Part shown: positions 1 through 14,300 of the stretch, one piece after another
Numbering within the stretch: the stretch's first letter is position 1
Layout of the letters: each line of letters opens with the position of its first letter
Source of the DNA: Mytilus californianus
Taxonomy: Eukaryota
Direction: 5' to 3'
Length of the DNA stretch: 64,000 bases
NCBI RefSeq assembly: GCF_021869535.1
Contig: NW_026262723.1
Span: 100,998,001-101,062,000 of the forward strand
Translations under genes and position numbers: made by a program
Notes under the pieces: generated by a model
Told to the model about the DNA's origin: nothing
The model's database searches: none
The model's input: only the letters and a program-made list of their open reading frames with translations

Positions 1-567
1 CACCTTACAATTTTTTTTATACATCAAATATAGTTGACCTATTTTGTATGCTAATTGAAAAGCGGACCAAAACACAAAAACTTAACATTGACCAATGAAC
101 CATAAATATGAGGTCAAAGTCAGATGATACCTGCCAGACAGACATGTGCACCTTACAATTATTCCATACACCAAATATAGATGACCTATTGTATTTAGTA
201 TTTGAAAAACAGACCAAAACACAAAAACTTAACATTGACCATTGAACCATAAAAATGAGGTCAAGGTCAGATGATACCTTCCAGACTTTCCATACACCAA
301 ATATAGTTGACCTATTGCTTATAGTACTTAAAAAAAGATAAATTTTTTTTTCAAGCAGTCGCTGAACCATGAAAATGAGGTCAAGGATATATATATATGA
401 TTGACGGAAACTTTGTAACATAAGGTACCTGCATACAAGATATGAAGCATTCAGATCTATCTTCTGAAATATAAAAGCTTTATACAAATAGTTTACGCTG
501 CCGCCGCCACCGGATAGTAATACCTACGTCTCGCATATTGCGACTTTCGTCACAGGCGAGACAATAA
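1..567. mobile_element. Non-autonomous Helentron/HINE-like element with internal ~150-bp repeats (family A), cut by the window edge
   Basis: Repeated unit (...CCATACACCAAATATAGTTGACCTATTG...GAGGTCAAGGTCAGATG...), a short GCC run and a terminal hairpin GTCTCGC...GCGAGAC at ~528-563. The superfamily call is inferred. Confidence 0.6.
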
Positions 568-2339
568 ACTATCCCATCTATTTATTACTGCTTGATTAAC
601 TTGTACATGTGTTTTTGTCATTTTTAATACTAATATCCTAAAGTAAGGTGCATTTTCTGAGTTTGATATCATATGTTGGGGGATCTGCCTAGTATTCAAT
701 TATTTTAATGACTGAGAAGAAGGGTTTGTTTTTTTCAAAATCCTAGATATTTTTTACAGAATTTGTAATACATTTTCTTTAATTCTAATTGACAAATGCT
801 GAATCAAGAGTTAAAAAGCATTGAAATTTCTGCTGGTTAGAGCCAATAAATGCAGAAAACTGTAACTGTTGGTATATTTCAATCCAAATGAAATAAATAA
901 ATATCATAAAACAATCATTCTTTCAAAAGAAACTGATATAATCCCATTCTTTAATGATTGAAGATGGTGCTTTCTATACCTCTAACGCAACAATTATTTC
1001 TCGTCTTTGGCAACTTTTGTCAAAAGCATTCACTAACAAAACAAAATCATAACAAATCAATGAAGAGCATATTGTACCAACATTCCAATGAAATATTTAT
1101 TTTATATATATTTAGTAACCTTAATCTGTCAGATTCTCCTAGTATTGCTTTTATCTTTTTTTTCTACATGTTTTAGCCTCTTCAATTAAAACAGCAAATT
1201 AAACATGAGTATTCACGAATGTCTTGTCAGTTCAACAAAATAATAAGATTTTCTACATTGTTTATAATCTCTTTTTCACTAGGTAATCTTTTACGTTTTC
1301 ACTCATTTGTAAATCATGCAGTGAGCTTCAGTTATATTTTTACTCTATATATTTGGGATATTGTCTTGTATACAACTACTTTTTCATTTTTACATTGAGT
1401 TTTTAAACAAGAGTCTCCTTAGAGCCTGAATCGCTCACCTGTTAAAATATGCCATTTTGATATTTATTTTTACAACTCCAAACTGAAGAGAGTTCAAGTG
1501 CCATAGGTAAAAAATGATGTAGATGGAGTGGGTGTGACTTCTATTTGTCACTAGATGGAGGGGGGATCGGATCGTATAGTTTTCAAGAAATAAGACAATA
1601 AAGCATTTCCACCTTATGTTTTATTTTTAGCCATGATGTCCATGTTTGTTGATAGACAGGAATAAAAACAAAAAAACTTTATACTAGATACTATAAGTAT
1701 CATTCAGCCAAAGTTTAGTTGAAAATGGTCAGGTAAAGCCACAGAAGAAAATTTTTTAAAACATTTACAACGTGGACAAAGGATGACTACTGACCCAAAG
1801 TGCTAACCAACTGAGCTGAAAAAGCATTTCCTTTGCATTGACTTCAAAGCATGCAAGTTAATTGGTGTATTAATTCTGAAAAAGAAACAAAGAGTTTTGG
1901 GCACTCTTATTGGTATAAGGTTATTATGAGTCAGTTTTGTCAGTTTTCAAATTAAAATGTCAGGGTGTCTGATGATATATGATAGTAATATATACAAATA
2001 GGCATACATGTAGGACCAAACATATAACACCTGATCATAAGCAGATTGATATATATGGTATTTGCTTTATTCATTTATGGCTGAAACAAGTATACTTTAA
2101 GAAATTACTGATAGTAAGTTGTTACTTGAAAAGCTCTTACGATATTTAAGTATGTACAGGAATCAAGCTATCTAATATGACTTAATGTAAGTGTCTATAC
2201 ATTCCCATTACATTTAGAGGCAGTCAGTACTTACTTACATTCAGGTAAGATTATATACATTGATTACACTAAAATCTAAACCTGAATGATCTACATGATC
2301 AAAACACTACAAGTATGTCATTGTAATTGTGATAAGACT

Positions 2340-5300
2340 TCAGGTTTTATCCATATTTTCATTTGTTCTGTCATCAATAGTTCTTTCCACTTCCAATGCA
2401 GCATTCAAAATTTCCATATCATCCACACCTTCATCAAACTCATCAAAACTTTCATCAAAGTAAAATGAAGGTAATGCTTCCTTAGGAATGGATTTATCTG
2501 TATAAATACATTTTACATTAGTATTACTTCAATTTTGCAAATATAAAAAAAATTGACAAAAAATCTTTCATCACTTGCAATACATTATTTAACTTGCTAT
2601 CAATCAACTGTATTCGACTCGTGAATTGCCATCTTTTCATATCATATCCTAGTCAAATAGCATTTCGTTTTTTCAACATTGTTTTTTTTTTTTTTTTTTT
2701 TTATTTCTTTCTTTCATGGTATGAAATGTAAGGCATTATTAACTGAGAAGTTATCATAATATGGTATTAAAAAGTGTTAAAAGTGTGGTTTTATGTCAAT
2801 ATTATGAACACTTTCCTGCAGAGTTTGTTTTATGACTGAATTTTGTATACCTATCTGGAGATTAGGTATTTTTGTCTGTATTATAAATACCTACCTGGAG
2901 ATTTGTAGCTAATAGATTTACACTCTGGATCATGGCACTTCTGGTAATAAACCCCTCGTTTAAGGTCTGCTAACAACCTGTAAGAAAATAGTAAAAAATA
3001 TAACAGGAGTGCACACGCTCAAAATGTCTCAACTGCTTTACTGATTGTGAATAAATTTATTTTGAAAGTCTTAAGAGAAAAAAATTATTTAATTAATTTC
3101 ATCACAGGCTAGACAAAAACTATATGACTAAGAGTGATAAAAATATAACTTTAAAGTTGAACTATGAGCTATTGCTCACTACTGATACCCTCTCTTAAGT
3201 ATTCAGTAAACAAGAAGTTGATGATTGATTGATGTAAAAATGCATGCTCAGATATAAGCCAGATGGAACCAAAGATTTTAAAATTAGTATTTGGTAATTC
3301 TCTGCTGAGGTCACAAAATTTAGGAGAAAGACCAAACAATGCTCAGCAAGGAGTCAGAATAATGGTTGGAAGTGCGATATCATCCTTCTGACTGTGACCT
3401 TGCCAGGTAGAATATTTAAAATCTGACTTGGGGTGTCAGTCTTATACTTAGGAGGTTACAAATATTGTCATCATCCTGATCATGCTGCTGGACATTAAGC
3501 ATCCATCAATCATTCAATTATCCTTTGGATGAATTTTTCAAATATTCAATGCTTTTCTTTTAATGCTTCATCTTGGTTATCAATGGAAGTATTTTTAAAC
3601 AACTTATATTCCTGAATTTAATATAAATACATGTACAATTAATGAAGTTAATTTTTCAAAAAAGTTTTCACTTTTAAAAAGATTTTTAAACACTAACATG
3701 ATATTGTTACTTTTGTGTTCTCTTTCTATATTGTGGCAGTATCTATAACCAACAATGTCGTACACAATTAATTCTCCTTGGCTAAAGTATGTCCAATGTC
3801 GTATACGACCAGCGTTACTATTTGTCTTTAAGGTAGACGATATAAAATCATCAATTTCTGGATAAGGTGATTTAGTAAATCCTTCTACTATATCTGCAAT
3901 AAAATTTAGAGTAATTAGTACCAGACACTTTAAGACATACTACGGTAAATTTATTATTCAAATCTTAGGTTGGACGGTTATTAAGTTATTCCACAGAAAT
4001 GATATAAAGTGCCCTTTCTAAATCAATAAGGACTGCAACTCCTGAACAGTAAAAAAGAAAATCATCAATATCCAACCTGACCTCCAATTTGTCAGAAGTA
4101 TCAACATATCCAAATTTGAAAAGCATTCGTTGACAGTTGAACACAAGTTATTGCATGCCAGGAGCCACCCACCACCTGCCTGAAAGCAAGCCCATCCCCT
4201 TTACAACCCCAAATCAATAACCATTATTCCGTCAGGGAACACGGTTAAAAAGTATTCAGACAAGAAAAGCCAAAAAATTGTACCCCATGTTCTATTTAAA
4301 GTACCTATATCCATGTTGGTTGGTTTTGCTATATTCAGAAATAATTCTGGAACAACCTATTCAAAAGATGACTATTGCCGATTTTTCTTAAAATTGGCTT
4401 TTTGATTTCAGAGATGTTTTAAAAAGTTTATAATAAACCGATGACAGATGCAAGTGTGATATGAGAAGCTCACACTGTTAATATATCAAACGGGCTTCTT
4501 ATTTTTATATGTTACTCTGAATACATTATAAGTTGGTAAAGCATGAGATTCTTCAGATTCCTGCATACTAACCTTCAGCTTTTCCACAAGTTTTTGCCTG
4601 AACATTATCATTGGATAATCTGTTAGAAAACTGACATTCTAAATCAAACTCTAGAATCCTCAGTGCTGGTGAATACCTAGAACAGTTTTAAATGGCAATA
4701 CTTTTATTTTAAAACCCATCATGTTATATGTCCCTATACTTAAATATTTTCCTTCAAAACTTCAACCATCATCACAAATGTTTGCATTTAATGTATTTCA
4801 CCATTAAAATCATACAGAGGAGATAAAAAAAGGTTAACTTTATCAATTAAAAGAAGTAATATCAATAGAGAATGTGAAAAAAAAATCATCTGTCATTTAC
4901 AATTCAAATAATGGTATACATGTATAGTTTGTATTGGATATATCAGCAAATAAGTTTACCTAAGAGTTTTTGTTTTTAGGTTATCCACATCCGAACAGAC
5001 CATATGACTGATCAAAAGACCAGGAAGCAGTGTCTTCATTAATGTCCTTACTTTATAAATGTACAGATGATCTATATAGCAAACTTCAGATATGGTATCT
5101 AATCATTTGATTGAAGTATGGTGTCAGCATCAGAACAAATAAATACCTGTATTACTGTGGATTAATTTATTTTTGTGGACATTAATTTTCATGGATTGAT
5201 GAAATTAGCATTTTCGTGGATACTAGACTTTGTACTTTGTGGTTTCGACAAATTCTACATACAAGCCTATAGGAAATTAGTACTTTGTAAGAGACTTAAA

Positions 5301-8300
5301 TTTGTGGTTTATCAATATTATATACACCCTGTTTTACTTTTTATGAAAATATATAAAAAAAATCCATCAGAAGAGACTCAGTTATTTTTCCTTCATTTTT
5401 CTATTTTAAGGTGGTACCAAACACCTTGACTAAAATTAATTTGGCTCGTTTAATTTTCAAAAAATTTTGACAAAATATTTACTTTGACCCTTTGAAAAAA
5501 AATATAAAAATTTCAAAAAACTTGAACCACACACTTTATCGGAAAAATTTCATTGGATTCATAGCAGTTTGACCAATACTAATTTTGATCATTGAGAAGC
5601 TTAATATTTCCTTAACAATAGAATGTGATTAAAACGTTCAGCTGATTTTTACAGAGTTATATCCCTGTAGTGTTATGTACCACCTTAAATCAAAAGTTTC
5701 TTGAAGATTACTTACTCAATGTTAGCAATGAGTGAATCATTAAATATAAGATGTTCATAAGACATTACTTCATCTTTGGGCGGTATGTACAGATTGTCTT
5801 CACTAATGACTAGAGGATTACTCTTCCCAAATTTTCTTGACTGAAATAATCTGAAATTACGGTTTTTGGTGTAGACACCTGAAAAAACCCACAAAATATG
5901 CAAAATTAAAGATAATACATACATAACTCAAAAACAGTAAAAGTGACCCCACCCATATCGTAACTTGACCTGTGTTTGGTGGTAGTAAGCATTGTGTATA
6001 AGTTTCAGCACAATTGGTTGTGGTAAAGTAAAGTTAAGAGTGCGGAACTGCAAATTCAGCAATTTTTCCATTTATAAAGGGACATAACTTGAGAACAGAA
6101 AAAGTGACGCCACTCAAATTTGAATTTGATCTGTGTATGGTGGTAATAAGCATTGTGTAAAAGTTTCATAATATTGGTTGAGGCAAAACTTAGAGAACAG
6201 AAATCAATTTAGGGACGTACAAGGGTAAACTGAATGTCCTCTCCGCCTACAGGCAGAGGCATAAAAAGGCCTACATAAATTAAAATACTGAAGGAAAAAA
6301 AACATGATTATGGAATACTCATTACCACTGACACTCTAAAAAATTTGTTTGATTGAAAAAAAAGTTGTAGAGGTTTCCAAATTTGCCTTGCATACCTTGA
6401 TCACAGAATAAAGTTTCTTCATTATTTTTGTTTCTAACAACCATTGATAGAAGTTCTTCCTCAGTAAATCTGTCCATAACTTTAGAAGCTTTATGATCAT
6501 TTTTATCCTGTTCCTGAGAATGTCTCGGACTATCTAATCTATTCCCACATGGTACTGTTTGTTCATCAGAGGAATTGTCAGATTTAGAGATGAATGATGT
6601 CTCATCAAAGTCTAATACATCAGACAAATTTTGTTTCAATTTGTTTATTTCTGCCTTCAATTTCTGTAATATGAACTTCACAAAATTTCCTGAAAAATAT
6701 CTTTTCTTTCAAAGTTTGTGTCAAATTTAAAACTTCATCAACTACAAAACTATTGTATAAACATGTTTACTTAAAAGTGTGATATTGGTTTGTGCAAAAA
6801 ACATGCTTCCCTAAGTTTACTACATGTACATAGACAAAAAGGTCTACTTTCAAGTGATATGTTATGCTGGCAATCGTTTTAATCATGGTGATTTTACAAA
6901 CTAAGAGTATCCTTTTAACTCTATAGCAGTAGCAATGTAAGGAGGAAAAACGACTGAATTTATCAATACACAAGTTCTTTGGTTATCATCATGAATTGTT
7001 TGATTGTTATAGCCTCAGTTTTACTCCCTGGTGTCATTTTAACTCTGTCATATAACCAACATATCCACTAATGTGAAACTGACATATCACCAATTGAAAT
7101 GTTCCTGGGTATGGCACTTACAAGATAGGACTTTGTGTGATGGTTGATTGAAGGAGGTTACACTAGATGCGTATTTGTTCTCCCTCTTATTTGTAGTGTG
7201 ATTTTGATTGTTTAACTCCCATTTTTCTGTTTTATACCTGAACATATAAGACATTAAATCAATAATGGTATACTATCTTTATATTCAAATGATGTAATTT
7301 GAAAATAAGGAGTGAAACATTACTCTTGTCTAATGACACTTGAACCTAACAACACAATCATTGGTAGTGTCTCAGGACCATTAAAGTGTCACATCTTTTT
7401 ACACAAGGTTTGAAACGTATGTAACAAAATATACAAATGTTACCACGATAAGTGGATATAAATGCTAACAGTTTTTGCAATCCTCTGTTAAATAATACAA
7501 CTAGTGGTTAAAACCTACCAGCATGAATATTATCTTGAAATGCAGTTTTCTTCAATTGAAAAATCAAATGTCTACTGAACTTCTTTTCTGTGCTGAAAAA
7601 AAAGGTTTCATTATCGCATAACTTGTTTAATTATGACACGAGATAATCAGCTTCGTGAAAAATTCTATGACAGCCTTGTTTTTACAAAATACAATCAGAT
7701 AAGTTACAAGAATGTATTATCCTTATAAGTTTCCAATGTTAAATAATTTCAGCAACCTTCTGTTGTGCATGTCATTATAGGCCTGAGTAGTTTAAAGGTC
7801 ATGTTCAAATAAGCAAGAAAATAAACTCCAAATTCTTTGATAAATATGAGTTTTCAAAAGTACTAAATATATTTTGATAACCAATGTTAAATCTTTTACT
7901 TCCATATTTTTTTTTAATATATTACCTTGCATCCAGACTTAGCACATGTTCTTTTGAACACTTGACTTTGAAGATTTCTTCCATCCATCTTGTAACATAC
8001 TGGAAAATAACATATTTACATAACTTCTAGAAGTTAATGCTTTACAGAATTGAATGAATGGAGAGCACTTTATAATTTCCATTTGAGGAAAGTTAGGTTC
8101 ATAGCAATATTATCCAAATACTGTAAATTCAGAAATTATTGCGAGGATTTTACTGATGTGACTAGTTGACGATTGCAATAATTAGAACTCGCATTACTAA
8201 ATCATTTGAAAAGTTTCATACCTCTCATGTAGAGAATGGTATTGTTTCTCTAAATACACCAATCAATTCTAGTTGAAACCTGGGAATGAAATATCTATTT

Positions 8301-11300
8301 CCGTGTTGAAAAGCCTAGAAATTTTTTCTTATTATTAATATTTATTTTAATATCATTTGGACAGTTCTATTTATTGCTGTTTTTGTTTGGGTCCATGATA
8401 TCTTTAACTGTCCTTGAGTAACTATGGACCTTACCAACTTGACTTATTAACCTGTCATGTAACCGTCCTTGAGTAACTATGGACCTTACCAACTTGACTT
8501 ATTAACCTGTCATGTAACTGTCCTCTAGTAATTATGGACCTCACCAACTTGACTTACTGACCTGTCATGTAACTGTCCTTGAGTAGCTATGGACCTCACC
8601 AACTTGACTTATTAACCTGTCATGTAACTGTCCTTGAGTAACTATGGACCTTACCAACTTGACTTATTAACCTGTCATGTAACTGTCCTTGAGTAACTAC
8701 GGTCCTCACCAACTTGACTTACAGACCTGTCATGTAACTGTCCTTGAGTAGCTATGGACCTCACCAACTTGACTTATTAACCTGTCATGTAACTGTCCTC
8801 GAGTAACTATGGACCTCATCACCTTGACTTGATCATCTATGATTTAATACCTAAATTCTGCTGAAATTGTTGGTTTTATTTTATATTCTTTTGTATCACC
8901 AATAATGATTAATTGTTGTTTGCTTAACATCCAAAGGCAAATATCTGTGCATATTCAAGACGAGGACTTTAATAACAATTAATACAATAGGTACTGGTAG
9001 GTCATGTTATAGTGAGTTGACCAGGATGAAGGGCAGGAAATTTGGAATGCAGCTAGAAAATGAGGATACATTGGATAGGGACTGAAATTTAGCCTTGCAA
9101 CAGGCCAGCTACATACCTCTCAGAGTTGAACACCATTAATTACTGTGAAACACAATATATATTAATTCATTATTTATTTCCACAGATTTGTCTCAAGTTT
9201 ACCATGTGCTTTTATTACCATTATAGGCATGTGGACTTATACTCCACTTAGCAGATGAGATCAATCTCTAAACCTCTAAATATCAAAAGGCAAAACTTTG
9301 AAAATTGTTTTCAAATTGTTTGGTTTTTTATGTTTCTTGGTTATTGTCTGATCCAAGCATATGCCACACCTCCTTTTAGTTATGTTTCATTAACATTTGA
9401 ATATTAGAAATTCAGGGACCTGCAGTTTATGTATCAAATAAACATTTTATATCACGAACAAACAAAGGAAACACTGCATTCCCAGTTTTATATGAGATCT
9501 TGCTAATTAAGGCTGAAGATTATTACCTTTATAAAAATATCTGTCATTGTACTTCCATCACAATTTCTATTGTTTTCTTTGGGGAACTCTAAATCAAAAT
9601 AGAGCTTACATACTGATCCTGAAAGACAACAAATATCACTATCATCCTGAAAAGTAAGTGTTTAATCTACAAAAGAAAACAACAGTGCACACACTGAAAT
9701 GTATCAACTGCTTTACTGATGGTAATTGAATTTCTGTTGAAAGTCTGAGAGAAAAAGGTAACACAAGTATTACATAAACTTAACATTTTCAATGATCCAT
9801 GTAAATAAGGTAAAGGTCAGATAAACCCTGACATATGGACATGTAAGCCTAAAAATAATTTCATACACCAAATATAGTTAACTTAATGCTTATAGTACAG
9901 TACCTGAGAAACAGAATTTACTATGAAAACTTAACCGAGGAAACATGAAAATTAGGTCAAATCAACTCAGCCAGACATTTTCACCTCGCAATCATTCCAT
10001 ACACCAAATATAGTTAACCTATTGCTTTCAGTATCTGAAAAAGGGACTTAACCACGAAAACAATACAACTATTTCATATACCAAATAAAGTTGACCTAAT
10101 GTTTATAGTACATGAGAAACAGACCTCGCTATGAAAAAAACTAAACATTGACCAATTAACCATGAAAATGAGGTCATGGTCAGATAAACTTGGCCAGACA
10201 GACATGTACACCTGGCAATCATTCAATGCACCATTTTTGTCTTCCCAGGGTCTTATGTATGTTTTTTATTAGAACTACCAAAATGATGTCTATAATACAT
10301 ACCCTCTGGTATTAATTCATAATGTGTCTTCTTTTGTTGATCTAACTGCCTGAAAAAGGTCAACATATTTTGTTTTATCCATATGGTATGGTAAGAAATT
10401 TATTTTAATAACACATCATAATTTTCTAAAGCAATATCATATGGTAAGAAACTAACTTCACACACAAGCCAAATCAAGAAATAAACTGCACATATCTGGT
10501 AAAGAAACCATACCACCCCTTAATAAAAAGTTATTCTATATCATACTTACTTACCTCACTTATTGCAAATGTGTAATGTCCTTTTTATATTAAACCATCT
10601 ATTTCAGAAATGGAAAGGTAATAAAAAATATTTTCTTTTCATCTAAGAAAAAGTGAATTTAATCAAATAAAAAATAACAGATATTTTGTAGCTGTAAATG
10701 ATACAATACTGTGGATTCATTTATTTTCGTGGGTACCAATTTTTGTGGATTGAGGAAAAATTGCATTTTCATGGATATTTAATTTTGTTGTTTTGCCAAA
10801 GTCTGCATACAAGCCTATTGAAAATTTGTAATATGTTGAACATCTTTTTTGATTCACCTATAACCACAAAAATTGGTATCGAACAAATAATAATGAATCC
10901 ACAGTATCTAAAATTTATAGTGTGAAAACACACAAGTAAAATATAAAAATAAAGAATTGTGGTATGATTGCCAGTGAGATAACTGAATCAATGGCAAGAA
11001 AACCATACAACTGTAAAATATAAATCAATTGCAAGAAACCCATATAACTGTAAAATATACGTGCATACACCTGTGCATAGTGGACACATTCTACTGCATC
11101 CACATAGCACATACATATACATACAGGGGAAGATTCTAACTAATAATGTACCTATAATAATGCCAGAATACAGGATAAGATGCCACTAAAAACATCCTCT
11201 GTCCAGTTTCTGGTCCTAAACTCTCACTCTCAAAGGAAAATACATGAAGATCCTGAAATATAAAATATGTATACCATTATCCTCTTTACTAAATGGGACT

Positions 11301-14300
11301 CTCACAGAAACAAAACCATAGAATTTCTTGCAAAATAATATGAAACATATATGATATGACATTAGTAGATAAAACACTGATAAGTTTCCAAAAACATTTT
11401 ACCTAATAAGAAGATAGTATAGAATGTTTAAAGTTTTGTTTTGAACTTTTAACCAAACATACAGAGGTCAACTTTTTTCACTGCAATTAAAGCTCAAAAA
11501 TAAATTTTGTGTTGAAGGTATCCCTAAAAACCCTATTTGTTTTGCCACAAAAAGTCAAAATGTCTACCCTAGAGTTTTTCTTTGCACATTTCGTAATAAA
11601 TCTTTGACAAAATTGTTGGTCTCCACATATTGTCAATCTAAAAAAAATAATCCTACTTATTCAATGAATTGGGTTTCATATCAATTTCTACAAATTAAAA
11701 CATATTTCAGGATAATATGTATAGATTTTATTTGTATTGGTAATATTACCATGATTACAAGAGATAACTAGAGTGTTTGGAAAAAAGTCACTAACAAACA
11801 TCACAAATACATACACAAGTGATGACAGCAGATTATATGTGACCATTTTTGCAAATTGCATTAAAACTAATGGTAATCTGGAGAGAATGTTGTTTTCCGT
11901 AAATATGGATAGCTATGTATTGTAGAGATCAGACAGCTACAGGCATACAGAAAAGTATTTCTTATTCATTTATTTTGAATGTACAAAGGGTATAGCTTAA
12001 GTTGTCATAAAACCATAAAACATACCGAGGATTTTCTTCTGGCAAAGCTGAAAGCTTCCTGTTGTCTAAAAAATGTCTTCCAACCTACTGAAGGACCATC
12101 AATTCTACAACAAAAGATACACTGTATAAGAACTTAGTAACACAGATATTTTTTGTTATTTTGACACATTAACAGAGGTATCCCACATTTCTATATCAAA
12201 GTAACAGAAGAAAGCAAATTTAAAAAAAAAATAATTTGATCAAAAATAAATATAAACGTGTACAAGTACACATAACGACAAGTAAATCTGTCAAGTTTGT
12301 TTATTTCCGGCATATGAGATTTTGTATTGAATTTTTCTGACAGAGTAACAAAAAAAGTAGACCAAATCTCTGTTTGGCTTTGAGAAACCCAGACATCAAT
12401 GTTATCCAAAAATAAAATAGGAAGTACACAACTTCACTTCCTGTAAAAAGGTCTGTGCAAGTTTGGTAGCATATCGTATCCAGTACACCCATCTATTACA
12501 GTGGTTGTCAGATTTGTCCACTCCTTCTCCTGGTAACCCCCTCCTCCTACATTTCACATACTGCTGGTTAATATATTGTTTATTCTCTGGCATCCTGAAG
12601 ATACATGAAATATTTGCAACTGACATTACGCAACCATTAATAAATCAGTGGTGTACAAAACCAAATCAGCTAAGATCTACCTTTAGGATTCCTATCTTCA
12701 CTTATTGATTGGTCAACTTCAACTAAACCCCAGATGTTTGGCTAACTCATTTTAAGTTTACATGTACTGATGAAGTATTCACTACAAATCATACCACTTA
12801 CCTAGGTCGGAATTCCTTTGGAATTTTGTCAGATTTCAGCTTCTTCACATTTTCATCCAAAACTTTGCTTATGTGATGTATTTTCCTAAAAAAATCAAAT
12901 ACTGTAATGCATCACTGAAAAATTATGATACAAAAAATTAAATAAGAAATTGCATTTTGCAAAGCCAAGTGCGATCTCTGTGATTGATTTTTGGCAAATC
13001 CAAAGATTGTTCTTTCAAAAAGGCCACAATTTACAAAACTCAGTACTTTTTGAAATAAAAAACTCAAAGTGCTATATAAAGATATCTGATTAGCCTGATA
13101 TCCTAATTTACTGTACACCACCTTTGAAGGGAATATTTAACAAATATTAAGCAAAAGCATCCATATACATGTATGGAAATGGAATGATTAAACAAAGAAT
13201 AATTTGAACATGTTGAATCTGGAATAATTTTGAGTTCTGGAAAATTGAAAAGAAATGCATGATGAAATCTAACCCAATTTAGGAGGGTTACCCATGCATG
13301 TTTAGTTTGTTCATACTGAAATATCAGTGAAAGTAAAATTAACCTTAGTCATGCACGCATGGCTGACCCTTTTTGGTTGGGTTAGTTTTCATCATACATT
13401 TATCAATTTTCCAGAAATCAAAATTATTCCAGATTCAAATAATTCCTTGTTATTATTTCCCTCTTGTATTGAAGTAATTCATTGTATACATGATATATAT
13501 TTCTAGGAAACTGATCCAAGCTATATATAGAAGACTTCATTTTATGCTATGAATTGTGATGAAATAAACAGAAGTATTTGTGTCATGAAATAGAAGTTCC
13601 TGCACAGTATTATTTATTTTGGAATATTATATCCCCTGTGTTGTGACTGTGACTTTGTCTACATGTCCGTGATTACGCAGTACAGTGTTGACGTTGTTTT
13701 CCCGTATTTTGACGTTGTATGATAGTGACGTGAGAGGGGATAGATGTGTTGACGAATGAACAAGATACCTGAATGGTTTGAAGTGTCCAGTGTATGCCGT
13801 GTGTTTTGTATTTTATGTAACGTCTGTATAATACATGCAGTGTGAATAAATCGTGACTGTTATTTTCTACAAAGATGGTGTTTATTTATAAATTATGAAC
13901 GCTCGGAATTCTACGTTTACAACATTGGTGGCAGCGAAAAGAAACGGATCTACGCGGACACATGATTTATTTCTTTATACAGACGGAATGCTTTTAAAGA
14001 GGGGAGGAAATATGAATTTTAACACTGAAGGTACCGTAAACAAATTTTTTAGACCGTACGATTTTGACCAAATGTATACTGTACAACAGAAGGACGATAC
14101 GGCACTGGAATACTTTACAGTAATCAAAATTAAAATTCACCATTTTAAAACTGATATTGGAATTGTAACAGATTCGACCACAGAATGTTCAGAGAAGTAT
14201 CTAGTCGGCAAAAGTGGACGGAAATGAATCAAACATTTTTGTTCGGTGTTAGCATCAAGGATAAAATAATAATCTAAGGTGCAAATTGGAAAGAAAGCAA

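Noticed and set aside
17-487. 156-aa ORF and similar repetitive ORFs (18520, 18707, 30245, 34858, 54568, 54728)
   Set aside because: They are translations of tandem or dispersed repeat units with no protein family features.
8405-8830. CRISPR-like appearance of the tandem arrays (also 61021-61391 and 63417-64000)
   Set aside because: The units are head-to-tail without unique spacers, the context is eukaryotic and there are no cas genes.
13995-14012. Shine-Dalgarno-like GAGGGGAGG before the upstream ORF of the LTR element
   Set aside because: The context is a eukaryotic retroelement, so this is likely a chance purine run.
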